Below are positions 9,406 through 21,956 of a stretch of DNA of 64,000 nt, piece by piece (the stretch's first letter is position 1; each line of letters begins with the position of its first letter). The stretch lies in contig CDROCS010001033.1 in assembly GCA_977020255.1 (NCBI GenBank), positions 62,001-126,000 on the forward strand, in the 5' to 3' direction. A program made the translations under genes and the position numbers. Under the pieces are notes generated by a model. The model was not told where the DNA came from. It did no database searches and worked only from the letters and a program-made list of their open reading frames with translations. The DNA is from Obrimoposthia wandeli. Taxonomy: Eukaryota.

Positions 9406-10105
9406 GTATACACACTCTGATACGAGACAGAATATTTCTGCCTTGTTTTGTTTCGGAGTTTATGTGTGCGGCAGGGAAGAGAAATTCACACACACACACC
9501 GAGACGAGACAAAAAATGTCACGTGATGCCTTTGTGTGATTTTCAATTTGCGAGTATTTGCAACTATTTGCAACATACATGCACGTGATGTCCTTTGTTC
9601 TTCTATGCTGATTTTCTCATGGGAACTTTCACATACTGAGAACATGAATAAAGCCTTTCAGGACAACCTGATGAGCACACAAATATGAGCTCATTCTTGA
9701 AGCTACTTCTTTGAGCTGGTTCTATTAAGGTAGTTCTTTGATTTTGTTATTTTAAAATAAATCTTTGATATGGTTTTTTGAAGGTTGTTCTTTGATTCTT
9801 TAATATGGTTATTCGAAGGAGGTTCTCTCAAAGTGGAAAGAAAGTAAAACCTTCGTGGGTTAACCTTCAGGGGTGGACTTAAAAAATTTAATTTTTCTAC
9901 TTTTCAAAGTTATATATATTAGGCTTGATCTGATCTTGGTCTGACATCCAAGAATTGACCTAAAGAAACTTATACTATATTATGAAAACTTACATAGATG
10001 TTAAACTGAAATTAACGATATATCAATCATGAATATTCTACAAATAAAATTATTACAGTCATTAAGAACTTAAGAGTCAATTAAGGCATTGATATTTCTA
10101 ATGTT
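9406..10105 (-). repeat. Long inverted repeat, arm B (partner 1774-2488)
   Basis: Near-exact reverse complement of arm A. Confidence 0.95.
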
Positions 10106-11309
10106 GAATTGAAACTTGGAATATATCCAATATTAAATGTGATGTTTGGGTGATAAGATTTAATTTGCTCTAAAATCAATATAATTTATAAGATATTTGG
10201 GATATTATAAGACAACTAAGATGATTCATAATATTTTATCAATATAGTTTGTATTGATATTCATCGATTTTATTATGATTACAGAGTGTTATACTTATGT
10301 ATGTATTTCTATCATAAGAAAATTATAGCTAAAATAGATACTAGAGTAATCATCTGACATATCCAATTTTGCGGGGCATAATTCACTTATAGCAACGTAT
10401 AACAAATATAGTAAACATACCTTATTAGGTAGATAAATTGGAGTATAGTAATCCACTGGAGTTTGAATGTCTTCTTATTGACGGTAGATTCGCAAGTTGA
10501 TTGAGCAAGGAAATAGAACAAATATTAATATTGAATGTTTGTGCATGTGTATATGTGTGTTTGTGTGTTAATACTTACAAAAATACATGTACAATACTCA
10601 CAAAATATGTACAAGGTATATACAAAAATCTAATTATAAAACAATATCTCTATATTTTTTCAATTCCATATTGTTTATAATAACAACTATAGCTTTCTAA
10701 TAAATATCGGTGTAGAAAAATTATTTCTACTAATGATGTTCTAAAAGTATTTATGTATTCAGGAAATTAAAAGGAAATTATTGATAACTTATTTGTTAGG
10801 GATCAGGGTTGGAAGGAAGGCATTAAAGCATATTTACAATTTAAAAAATGATATAGAAGATGCTTCAGAGGATATATTACTTGGATGAAGAGAAATTAAC
10901 AAGGTGTTCAGGAAATTTATTTAGGTGATTATGAATAGGAGAAATTTGTGCTATTCAGAAATTATGGGAGTATGACATTTTTACCATACTGATGGAATGT
11001 ATTTTAGTACTCTGAAAGTTTCTGATACTGTGAACAAGTCTAAATGAGAAGATCAATAAGATATTATTTTACATAGATTTGCAGGCGCTTTAGCTAAAAG
11101 ACTGGAATTGATCCCAAGATTCTGTTTGAAGGTATTTGCGATATTTACAAACTCTATTTTGATAATCTTTGTCTCATTTTACCTCACTAGAATAAATAAT
11201 TCATTGAAGCTACTGATAGAAGTAGTATTCCGGGTAAATTAGATGTTCTTAGAAGGCTTCTACTTTTATACAATGCTTTTTGTTTACAAGAGGTTCTAGA
11301 ATTATTCTA

Positions 11310-11450
11310 GAAGATATATTTTCAGGAAATCTATGATAATTTTAGAAACTAATGATATATTCAGGAAATCTATGATAATTCTAGAAATTAATGATAGGTT
11401 CAGGAAATCTATGATAATTCTAGAAATTAATGATAGGTTCAGGAAATTTA
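11310..11450 (+). repeat. 39-bp tandem repeat (ttcaggaaatctatgataattctagaaattaatgatagg) x about 3.5
   Basis: Directly visible; a related inverted copy lies near 19720-19790. Confidence 0.9.
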
Positions 11451-11925
11451 CGGCATTTAATTGGTTAGAGAATAATTTTGTGGTATTTGAGAGGTTTAAA
11501 AAAATTTTTTTTTTAGTTGATTGAAAGTAACAAGGAGAGTTGGTGTATGTGTACATTCATCGACGAATGGATACAGCCAAGTATTTTTTCACGAAATATT
11601 TGCTGTCCATATCGTGATCATGGTGACCATTGCGCATATAAAAAATGTTTAAGTCTTTCTTATTAATACTTGACATGTAGATAAACAATTCTTCTAATTG
11701 GAGAAATAAAATTTTCATCCAATTACAAATACAAATGAACAATCCTTTTAATTGGAGGAAAAAAATATATTAAAATTAATATTATCAACCAAAAACAGAT
11801 AAACAATACTTCTCCATGGAGGAATAAATTCAATAATTTCATCCAATAAGAAAAGAGGATGTGTACATAAAATGTTGTATATAAGCTCACACCTTTTTCA
11901 TTTCAATCCCCAATATTTTGAAATA

Positions 11926-13053
11926 ATGAATATGGTGAGAACCTTTATTTTATTATTTCTTTGTTGATATTTATTATTTTAGATCACGTGTAACCTGTTT
12001 CCAACCTATTATGGGGCTTCGGCTCCACATGAAAGAGATTCCTGCATTGCGATAATGTCCGCCTACTATCGGACAAAGTCTCATGGGCAGGTATTCTTCG
12101 TCTGACCCTTCTGCAGAACTATGGAGGACAAGGAGTTTCGAGACTTCTTCAATGAACATCGAGATCACTTGTCCTGCTTCACGGCCAACAACAAGAAGAG
12201 GGTTATCTTGCAATTTGTGCACGATTCGCAGGTCGCTCCAGCTCCTGCCACTGTTCCAGTTGCAGCCGTTCAACCCGTTTACGGTCTTGCGATTCGTCCT
12301 TCTCTCCAGTCTCTCGATTCTGCAGCTGTGGCATCCACTTAAATGACTAACAATGAGTGGATGAACGACATCTCCCTAGAAGATTTTGAGGAGTTGGCGC
12401 CAGCAACCCAATTCTCGAACAATGACTGGATGAAAAATATCACCAAGTCAGATTTCGAGATGGAGCAGCCTCAGTGGAGCGACAACGGCTGGTTAAAACC
12501 ATCGAGGAATCCGATTTCGTCGAGTTAACAGACGACAGCATGATGGATTCTGTCAATGAAGACGACTTCCAACCAGCTACAGTTGATTCAGCTTCATCGG
12601 GTATTTTTTTATTACTATTTTTATAGCTATTTTTCTGATTATTTTTTAAAATTGTAATTTTTTTCAGGAAATATCTTGAGACAACCAATTCCGTCATCCT
12701 TGATGACAGCTATGCTTCCTCCATCGAGAGTGCCTACATCGATGTTTACACGCCTTAGAGGTAATAATTTAAAAATATATATATATTTATTAATATATTT
12801 CTTTCAGCAGATTTTTACAACAGTCGCTTCTCCGTCGGCAATGCTAGCTTCAACGCCATCAGCTACTACCTCATCTACTCCAACCTCAAATGCAACCCCT
12901 ACAAGCGCCATCGCCTCAACATATTCAGCAGCACATACTACAGCAGCACCTTCTACATCAGCTGCGATTGCCTCAATATCGGCAGCACCGACATATTTTA
13001 ATATAAATAGTTATCTTCCCATTCAATTAGGGAAAGTTTGTCAGCGACTGTAG
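11926..13053 (+). pseudogene. Decayed spliced ORF with micro-introns, repeated xxW(M/L)xxIxxxDF motif and Ser/Thr/Ala-rich segment
   Basis: GT-AG AT-rich introns at 11935-11982, 12601-12667 and 12761-12807/12810 separate GC-richer coding-like blocks. TATATAAG at 11878; stops and frameshifts present. Confidence 0.5.
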
Positions 13054-13222
13054 GAAGAAAGATGCGAGGCCAATTTCTTAATAAGGTACCACCAAAGCAA
13101 CGTAGGGAAAACGGTGCTACTATAAAGTATCACCTAAATAATAAATATGTTATAGTTAAGGTGCTAAAAATTTATTAAACGTAAGTGTAGATTCAAATAT
13201 TGAAAATATTTTAAAATCAGAA

Positions 13223-13741
13223 GTGACTAAATTAGGACAGGCTAAGGTTCAATTTTGCGCAACAGTGCAGTTTAAAAATGTCAATGAGGAGACTAAAACT
13301 TGGGTAATTTCACATAAAGCAACTGTTTTCTATGATAATTTTGTAACTGAAATTGGAAGAAACCTAGATGAAAAAATTGCTGATTATAGCGAGTTAAGTA
13401 GTGGATGGACTGTAGTTAGAATTCACGATGTTAGCTTTGTTCTAACAAAGTTCACTGACATGATATATCTTTCTGGGAGTTCATACATTACTTCACCTAG
13501 ATCTCTTCAACTTTCACGTTCCATTGTTAACATACAAAACAGTGATAACCTTTGCTTTCTGTATAGCGTGTTGGCCATCCTCAAAATGGGTGTAATTACT
13601 GTACATAGAGAGCGTGTCAGTAAATATACCCCTTTTTTAAATGAATTGCAGTATCATGGAATATATTTTCCTGTTAAATTAACTGCGATATCAAGATTTG
13701 AACATCTTAATAACTTGAGTATTAATGTATTACTTGAATAA
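13223..13741 (+). pseudogene. N-terminal region of Polinton/adintovirus-type protein-primed DNA polymerase B polyprotein (truncated)
   Basis: SSGWTV..GSSYITSPRSL..SIVNIQNSDNLCFLYSVLA..RERVSKY..IYFPV..RFEHLNNLSINV matches the pattern I recognise from invertebrate Polinton-type PolB ORFs. The catalytic polymerase domains are absent. Confidence 0.7.
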
Positions 13742-14579
13742 AGCATTAATTTATCCTTTAGAACCCTATATATATCATAAATTTCCTGAACATATCATTA
13801 ATGTTTATTCCATGTTTATATTTAGTATGATTATGTAAAATATTTAGACAATTGTGTAACACTATAGATAATCAATAAAGTCAAAGAGAAAATTAATTTA
13901 GGTTTAATTTGGAGGATTCTCTTTCTTGCAGCTCGCCGATTGTCCTCCATATCCACTCTTATTTTTTCAGCCAGTTGTCTTTGCTCTAATTCAATCTTCC
14001 TATTCCACTCCACGATCCGTCGTCGTTCAGCTAGCCGCCTGCCTTGAATCTCCACCCTTCGATTCCACTCGGTTGTAACAGCAGCGTACAGATTCTGATT
14101 TTCTTAAATATCCTTTCTTCTAATTTCTTCTATTCTCGTCACGAGACTCTGCATATTATTAAATTCCATGTTTTTATTTATGAAGAGGTAAATAAATTTG
14201 AACATATATATATAAATTTAAGATATTTTTATTGAATGACAAGTAAATGATATATTTTTATTTATCAAATGAGAGTTTATCATTTAATAAATCTATAACT
14301 AATCATTGAATTTCTATATAAATATACTTATCTTTTTGAAATTAAAGAAATTTAAAGACATGTATAATTTTATTATTAATTAATCCAATCACATTTGAAT
14401 AAGTTACATATTTTTTCAAATGAGGCATTATATTTTAATAAACTTCTCGTTGTATTTTAATATTACTAAATTTGTAAAAAAATCTAATATTTTTAAGTTT
14501 TTTTGAAATAAATATAAAAAAAATAAAACAAAACACATAAAATTATTTTTTACGAGATATATTTTTCCCAAAACATTTC

Positions 14580-16830
14580 ACAAAGTCTTCATTGGGATCA
14601 TCCTCATCGAAATCCCTCCGACTGTGTGTTATAGGAGTAAGCGGCACTGGCTCCTTATACGTCTATGGTCGCCCTGACTTCTTTTTCGGCTGCACCGGTT
14701 GCTGTGCAGCAATAGATCTTCCCTGAGGTTTTGGCAGTAGTTGCAGCAACGTTTTGGGAGGAGGTGCAGCCGATGTTGATGGCCCCGACAAAGAAGTTGT
14801 AGCCTTCCTCTTCCGTGTAGCTTTCTTCAATTTCTCCTCCTTCTCACGCTGAAGCTGGCGTGAGACCGCATCCTGCTGCCCTTGCAAATCTGGAAGCATT
14901 GCCGGTTGCGGGGTCTCCTGTTCCGCTAGCAATTCATCCAATCCAGCTTCATCTCAGGTTCTCTTCTGGCTGGTAGATGCTGTTGGCAGAGGAGAAGCAG
15001 TCTCCCAAGCCATAATCAAAATTTTGCTTATACTCAATGAAGCCCGTGCCGTCTCCTACAGGCGTCGTTGACTGGGTGGCCAACTAATCTCGATCGGAGA
15101 GACTGGTATCCTCTCGTATAAAATTAGCCCGTCGTCCACTGGATATGGGAGAATCTCCTGCTGGCCAATCTCAGCCTCAGAAGAAATAAGCATTGTGGTG
15201 CGACATTTTCTCTAGCACTTCGTCTTCCGCACCTCAGCTTGCTTCGTCCGTTTCTTGGGGGAAGGATAAATTTCTCCATATGTCTCCACAATTATTACAA
15301 CAAAAAACATTAATAAAACTTTTAATTAAATTTTTTATTAAAAATTATAATTAAATATTTAAAAAATTATCTCAATAATCGGATATGGACGTTTTTCCTG
15401 CCGCTCCATCGATACCTCGGTAGATTTGAACAGACAAGATTTACCGCAGCCCGCTTCATTCGTCTCTGCGGGAAAGAAGAAAGTTTCCCCCACGTCTCCT
15501 CAGTTAATCGTATTGGTTCCTGAAACAAAAACATCAATAAAATTTAAACATATAAATAATTTACCTCAATGATAGGCAGGTTAGCCTGTTTCACCAACTT
15601 GGCTTTCTTCCGATGGACCGTCTGGGTTTTGATTCGATGACGTCGCGGTTTCCAAACCGCCGCTTGCTTTCTATCCACCGGTTGAATAGGGGTCGCCTCT
15701 TCGAGAAAGTTTTCCTCCTATGTGAATTATTAAATTTAATATCTAATTTAAAAATAATTTACCTTAACATTATTTGGAGACGCTAGGTATTGGAGCTCAC
15801 TCCTTGACAGCTCCTGGCTGCATTGACTCGCCAAGTACTGCGGTTATTGAGCCTCTACCGTGGTCACAGACAGTGCCAAATTGAGTTGAAGTTTTTGAAA
15901 ATGAATTTTTTTTTTAATTTAAATAAATTAATAGACTAGCTTTATTCGTTATCTTTATTCTCCTAACAGCCCGTATCGGAGATTGCTGCCTTCTGAACGG
16001 TTCAGGCACCGTATTGACTGCTATTAGAGTTGGAGTAGCAAAGGGAGTGAGACCATCCCAATCGTCGGGGAACAGGCGCCACTCGTCCTAGTCAAATTCT
16101 GCCACCATCTTCTCGTTTGTGGCTGGGGCTCCGATACTTGGCTGTATCCATTCGTCAATGAATGGAGTCAATACCTCCTTCCCATCCGACGGTACTTCAT
16201 CCGTGAAGAGCTCCTCGTCTTAGTCTGGTGCGAGGACTATCCCCGGCTGAGACAGCGGGATCATTTTCCAGGGGCATTTGATTGCCGCCTCAAAATTGTC
16301 CGAGAGATTGAATCTCCTTGCTGCTACTGCCGACGTTTCAGTGTTCTGGCGGGGATATAATTTATATAATTCATAAAGTCATATATAGGGATTTAGTGGT
16401 AGTGGTATGGCACGTGCGGACAAATTGGTGAATTTCCGATATTAATGGTAAGCCAGGAAACGCAGAGACTTGCTCGAATTCGCTCTTGACAGAATTCAAA
16501 TATCCCGTACGCTTAATTCTCAATCGAATCCTGACTAGTCAGGTTGATATATTGGGATCTCTGTAACCCACTTATCGCGTCCATTGATTCTTCTCAGTTG
16601 AGTTGAGCTGGCCAATGGCGATTCTTCCAACAGCTCCGCTCTTGCTGCAGCTTCTCCTTCGTCTCCTTCGCTCACCACCGATGAGTCTTGACTAAGTAAG
16701 TCAATGTACTGCGATGGTGGTGGCGTTTGCTGTTGTACTGGAGAGAGATCCCGATACAGATGAACCTATATATCTTCATCCAAATCGACGTTGTTGTAGA
16801 ATGGTATTCTTGATTTTAATTTAGGAAAAA
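14580..16830 (-). pseudogene. GC-rich, low-complexity multi-exon ORF remnant with 45-nt introns; product unknown
   Basis: Minus-strand GT-AG introns at 15520-15564 and 15718-15762. TATATAAG..TCATT at 16855-16832; coding-like blocks (e.g. 14663-14941) with stops. Confidence 0.45.
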
Positions 16831-17297
16831 TAATGAAAAGAGGTCTCCTTATATACACAAACATCAGACTAACCCTCGTTTTGTCGTCCAATGATATCGG
16901 GTTATTCAAATAATTTATTTGAAAAATCTATAGGCTTTTCTCTATTTTTAACTACGTTTGAATGCGAGAATGTCATTGGATAAAAAAATATTTTATTCGA
17001 AAATAGTATTATTTTCTTCAGTTTTTGTTGACTGAGTTCAACGTCCAACAAGATCGTTTTAATCAAATAATTTATTTGAAAATTTATAGTATTTTCTTAA
17101 GTTTTTTGATGATGATTGAATACATGTATATCATTGGATTAAAAAATTATTAAAATTATTAATATTTTCTTGACTGTGCATATTTGGAGGGTATTATGTA
17201 AGAAAAACTAGATTTTTTTAAATGTATCTGAATATAAATACGTATAAGAAGAAAAAAAATCGCGTCCGCGGGGCTTGAAAAAAATTACTCGCGTATA

Positions 17298-17937
17298 ATA
17301 GTAATCAGACAAGTGTGGAAGCTAAAATCGTAAAGAATAACTATAAGCTAGAAACACATGTCGCTGATGACGTTCTGTATGTTGAAGAAAAACCTTTGCA
17401 AGATTCGAATAGTTCATACGCCAGTAACATGGACCTCAATGATATCAGTTTTGTGCCAGTAGACAGAGTCAACGAATTGTGCCAGTCTCACAATTTGTCA
17501 ATGAGTGATGAAGCTCACGACTACTTGAAGAGAGCCAGCACACAATTTCTGCATCACATATTGAGTCAGGCATTTATTGCTGCAAAAGCCAGAGATCTAG
17601 TCAATGAAGTCCTGCGTTCGGATAGACACAAGCTACGGATGATCCCGAATCCGGTAACATGCTAGTTACAAATTCACATACCGTTGACGGTATCACGAAC
17701 AGAACGTTGCAATCTTTAAGGGAATCAGGGACTACGCAAACATTGTTGCAAGAATTCATAAATATCAAACCAAAAATACCAGCGAAGATTATTGATCCGC
17801 CAAAGGAACAGAAACAAGTGAACCATAAAGTTCGTATCACCACCAAACAACTGATATTGGTAATACAAATGCACAAGGCCGCGGACCAGCTTACATGTCT
17901 GAGAACATTCAAGGACCTGCAGAACAAGATTGGATGA
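17298..17937 (+). pseudogene. TAF4-like histone-fold gene copy, 5'-truncated, with a 1-bp frameshift near 17660
   Basis: Near-identical to 33608-34248; aacatgct here versus aacattgcc in the intact copy. Confidence 0.8.
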
Positions 17938-18890
17938 CTCTTCCAAGTTACAATATCCTCTAAAACATTATTATATTCTACTACGTTGTATTACTTATTT
18001 ATTTATCTTAATTACGTATTTAGTAACCTCTCATCATATTTTGTGATAAAAAATGCAAATCATTGATCCAAACACAACGAATTATTGATGTAACAATTCT
18101 TTTGATGACTTCTTAATATTAATTCATTAAACTTCCACTCATTCAATATTTTTAGCATCTTTTAAAAATACGACTTTTATGTGTCTACCAATTCTCCCAT
18201 AAATGTTTTCTTATTAGAATCACTGATGGTTGTACTTCAAAAATCACTTGTGAATATCACCTGTAAGAACCAAAATTCATTATCAAAGGAAATGATGCCA
18301 TTTTCAGAAATATCAATTGATAAAACTAAATGTCCTCCCAATTGTATTTCAATTGAATATCAATATCAAGATAGAATGATACAAGATCGGACCAAGCGGA
18401 TTGGTAATTCATGTTCGGAAAATATTCGAATGAGCTAATAAATAAACGTTATATATTCATATCTTTATTTTCACGATTATAATTATTTATTAATATTTAA
18501 TAAGAAAGAAGCCTGAAAGTTAAGGTTATAAATATAATGATAGAAATATTGATATTTTTTTGAATCAGATGATTCATGAAACGATAGACAGAGAAATGAT
18601 AGTAATGAATAGTAATATGAATAAAATTGTGAGAAACTACGCTATCTTTAGAAATATCAAACCTATACCCAATGATGACTCAATCGTCAATGGCTACTTG
18701 ATAGAATGGATGTAGATGAATCAATAAAATACTTATGATGAATTACGTACATTATTGTTAAGTTCAAATAATCAAGGTTCTATCGGAATTTTACAACATG
18801 TGTAATGATATAGATGAAATGTGTATTATTGCTAATTTTGGTATAAGATTCTTTGAGAGAGTATATAGGATTATAACCTGTTATAATATT
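17298..18890 (+). repeat. About 1.6-kb segmental duplication of 33608-35190
   Basis: Colinear match from atagtaatcagacaag through the TAF4-like ORF and about 950 bp of downstream non-coding DNA. Confidence 0.9.
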
Positions 18891-18986
18891 AAGATAACTA
18901 TATTTAAAGAACTACCTTAAAATAATCTCCCTAAAGAACTACCTTAAAATAACCTATTTAAAAAAAACCTTTATAAAGTCATTGAT

Positions 18987-19320
18987 TGCATCATATATTG
19001 AGTCAGGCATTTATTGCCACAAAACACAGAGATCGATTCAATGAAGTCCTGCGTTCGGAGACACAATCTACGGAGGATCCCGAATCCTGGAACATTGCTA
19101 GTTACAAATTCACAAATTGTTGAGGGTATCACGAACAGAACGTTGCAATCTTTAAGGGAACCAGGAACTACGCAAACATTGTTGTAAGAATTCAAAAATA
19201 ACAAGACAAAAATACCAGCGAAGATTATTGATCCGCCAAAGGAACAGAAACAAGTGAACCATAAAGTTCGTATCACCGCCAAACAACTGGTATTGGCAAT
19301 AGAAATGCACAAGACCGCGG
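18987..19320 (+). pseudogene. Third, more diverged fragment of the TAF4-like gene
   Basis: tgcatcatatattgagtcaggcatttattgc...gaaatgcacaagaccgcgg matches 33860-34197, with indels and a stop. Confidence 0.85.
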
Positions 19321-20150
19321 TTTAGAACCGACACTTTACACTTTTGTCTATCTATATATTTTTATTACTCGTTTTGTGATTTTAAGGAATAAATGTTTCA
19401 AAAATACTTGTCTTTATTTAGAAATTATTTGTAATTACATAAAGTTGCAGGTATTTGCAATATATATCCAGTATGTGACTGTCTTCGTTACACACATGGT
19501 AATATATAGATTCTTGATGTAGACTTATTCTTTTCAATTAACTTACAAAATTTTTCAAATACGTGCGTCAACCAATCAGAATACGCACATACATTTATGT
19601 CAAATATAGCAAAACATGCACATCTTTACATGCATTTATCTCTAAATATAGACATGTACATCGACTCTTCTTGTTATTTTCAACTAGAGATTTTCCTCTT
19701 CTTAAAGCTCTCTATGATATTATCATCTAACCACCTATAGATTTCCTAAACATAACATTAATTTCTCATGTCATCATAGATTTCCTGAAATTTCTCTGCT
19801 TCCGAGTAATATCTTCTCTGAAGCATCTTCTAAATTGTTAATATATATATATGTGCTTTCCAATCATGATCCCTAACAAATAAGCTATCAATATTAATCA
19901 ATAATTTCTCGAACACATCAATACTTTTAGAACATAATATAGAACATATAGTTGTTATTATGATAAACAATATGGATATGGAATTGAAAAAGATACATAT
20001 GTAATGTTTTATAATTAGATTTTTGTATATTCCTTGTACATATTTTGTGAGTATTGTATTTTTGTAAGTATTGACACATACATGCACACAATAATCTCTA
20101 TGTTATATTTTCTTTGTTCTATCAACTTGTTCATTTTTGTAAGTAATCAC

Positions 20151-20587
20151 TAGGGCAACCAATATTATGCGCATATTTTTATGCGAAATATGCACATTTT
20201 TTTCCAAAAATATGCAGAAAAATATGCATTTTTTGACCGAATATTGACCGAATTTTCACGACGATTCGTCTAAATTTGTCCCTAATTTAGGGGGTACGAC
20301 ATGTTTTGACTAGAATTTCCAAAATATTCGTCTAAAATTGTCCCTAATTTTAGGGGGTACGACATGTTTTGAGTGAAATTTCCAGAAAAAATTTTACTAT
20401 CATTACAATCATTACTAATGAACCTTAAAAATTATTGCCTTTTATTACTAATAATTTATTTATTTAAACAAAAATATGCAAAATATGCATTTTTTTACCA
20501 AAACACAGAAAATATGCAATGATTACCAAAACACAGAAAATATGCAATATATGCAAAATATGCAAAATATGCATTTTGGTTGCCCTA
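20151..20587. mobile_element. hAT-type MITE, 437 bp
   Basis: 12-bp TIR TAGGGCAACCAA and a perfect 8-bp TSD GTAATCAC (20143-20150, 20588-20595). Subterminal AAATATGCA repeats and an internal tandem of about 60 bp. Confidence 0.92.
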
Positions 20588-21047
20588 GTAATCACACACA
20601 CATGCATACACACAATAGTTTCAATGTTATATTCAATCAACTTTTAAATTTTTAATTTCTTTGTTTTAAAAGTAATTAATTTTTAAGTAATTAGGTTTTG
20701 AAGAAAATTAATTTTTGAAGAAAACGTTTTTGGTGAAAATAATGTAAAAGTGATTTAAAAACTTTTTAATTTCGGCGCCAAAAAGTTTTAAAAATTTAAA
20801 CAAAATTTTGAAAAAATAATTTTTTTAACTTTTTGGAAAAAATAAATTTTTGAAGGTTTTTGACCCTTGAAGGTCCACCCTCGAAAGTCTAATCAAAGTC
20901 AGATCAACGCTGTTATATATAACTTTGAAAAGTAAAAATTTTGAAGGTTTTGGACCCTTAAAGGTCAAACCTCGAAAGTCTGACCAAGTTCTGGTTAAGC
21001 CTATTATATATAACTTTGAAAAGTAGAAATAAAATTTCAAAAAAAAA

Positions 21048-21382
21048 TCACCGAAATACTGTATTTAGCAAAAAAAGTATATTTTATCGGGTATACAGAT
21101 TCAAATAAAGAGAAACCCAATAGGTCAGTGTTGTTGAGGTTGAAAAGCAGAATGTGTCAATGAAATGGAAACTAAATTTTTAACAAGTTTTTCAATACTA
21201 CTATTCAAAAACTGAAGTGAATCGATGAATCCAATACACACTCCATCAATGTGCACGATCATTGTTTGGAATTTTTCACTAGACTGTGGAATCACCGAAA
21301 TACTGTATTTAGCAAAAAGGTATATTTTACCGGGTATACATATTCAAATGAAGAGAAACCCAATAGGTCATAGTGCTGTTAG
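21048..21382 (+). repeat. About 88-bp direct repeat pair (21048-21135, 21292-21382)
   Basis: tcaccgaaatactgtatttagcaaaaa...gagaaacccaataggtca occurs twice. Confidence 0.85.
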
Positions 21383-21956
21383 CACCTTCATTGAAATTAT
21401 GAAGCAAAGTTGATAGTTTGGAGAGTGCAGGTTGAATCATGTGACATCAATTTGGTTTAGAGAAGAAAAATACATGTTATCTTATTAGAAAAACTATTCT
21501 TGTTTCTCATGGTATCTCAACAGGAACTCTTATTACAAGCAACATATTTTTTGTAAAATGCAAAAAGTTTATTTGAAGTTTGTATGTGTCTTATTCATCC
21601 GACGAACGGGTTTTTGTCTGCATAAAATACGTTAACACGTTCATTGAAATGTTCTTAGATGTACAAAACTCGACATTTCTTCACCTATACGATTATTCGT
21701 AACAGACCAGACATGTTGTTTAACGGCGTGTGTAATTATATCAACTAAAATTAATAAAGACGACAAAACAGAACACAAATACAACAAAATCTCTCTAATT
21801 TCTAAAAGGTAAATAAGATCTTCCAAAAGTCAAATCAGAAATAAATTACGCACAGTGAAGCTACACAGTCGAATATGAACATAACTTTACAGGATTGCAG
21901 GAGAAATGAAAGAGGAATGTTGCAGTGTCCGGGAAGAGGACGCGGTGAAATGGCGG

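Larger units (their letters stand above)
9406..21050. mobile_element. Putative third, decayed Maverick-like element with long nested inverted ends
   Basis: Left blocks 9406-10105, 10495-10700 and 10860-11460 have inverted counterparts in mirror order at about 20850-21050, 19925-20640 and 19640-19830. The interior carries a pPolB-type N-terminal region. No TSD identified. Confidence 0.45.

Noticed and set aside
9665-9705. CTGATGAG in the inverted-repeat arm as a hammerhead ribozyme core
   Set aside because: No GAAA follows a closing stem II, and stems I/III cannot be formed.
7241-11450. Tandem repeats as CRISPR arrays
   Set aside because: Units are contiguous with no unique spacers, there are no cas genes, and the context is eukaryotic.
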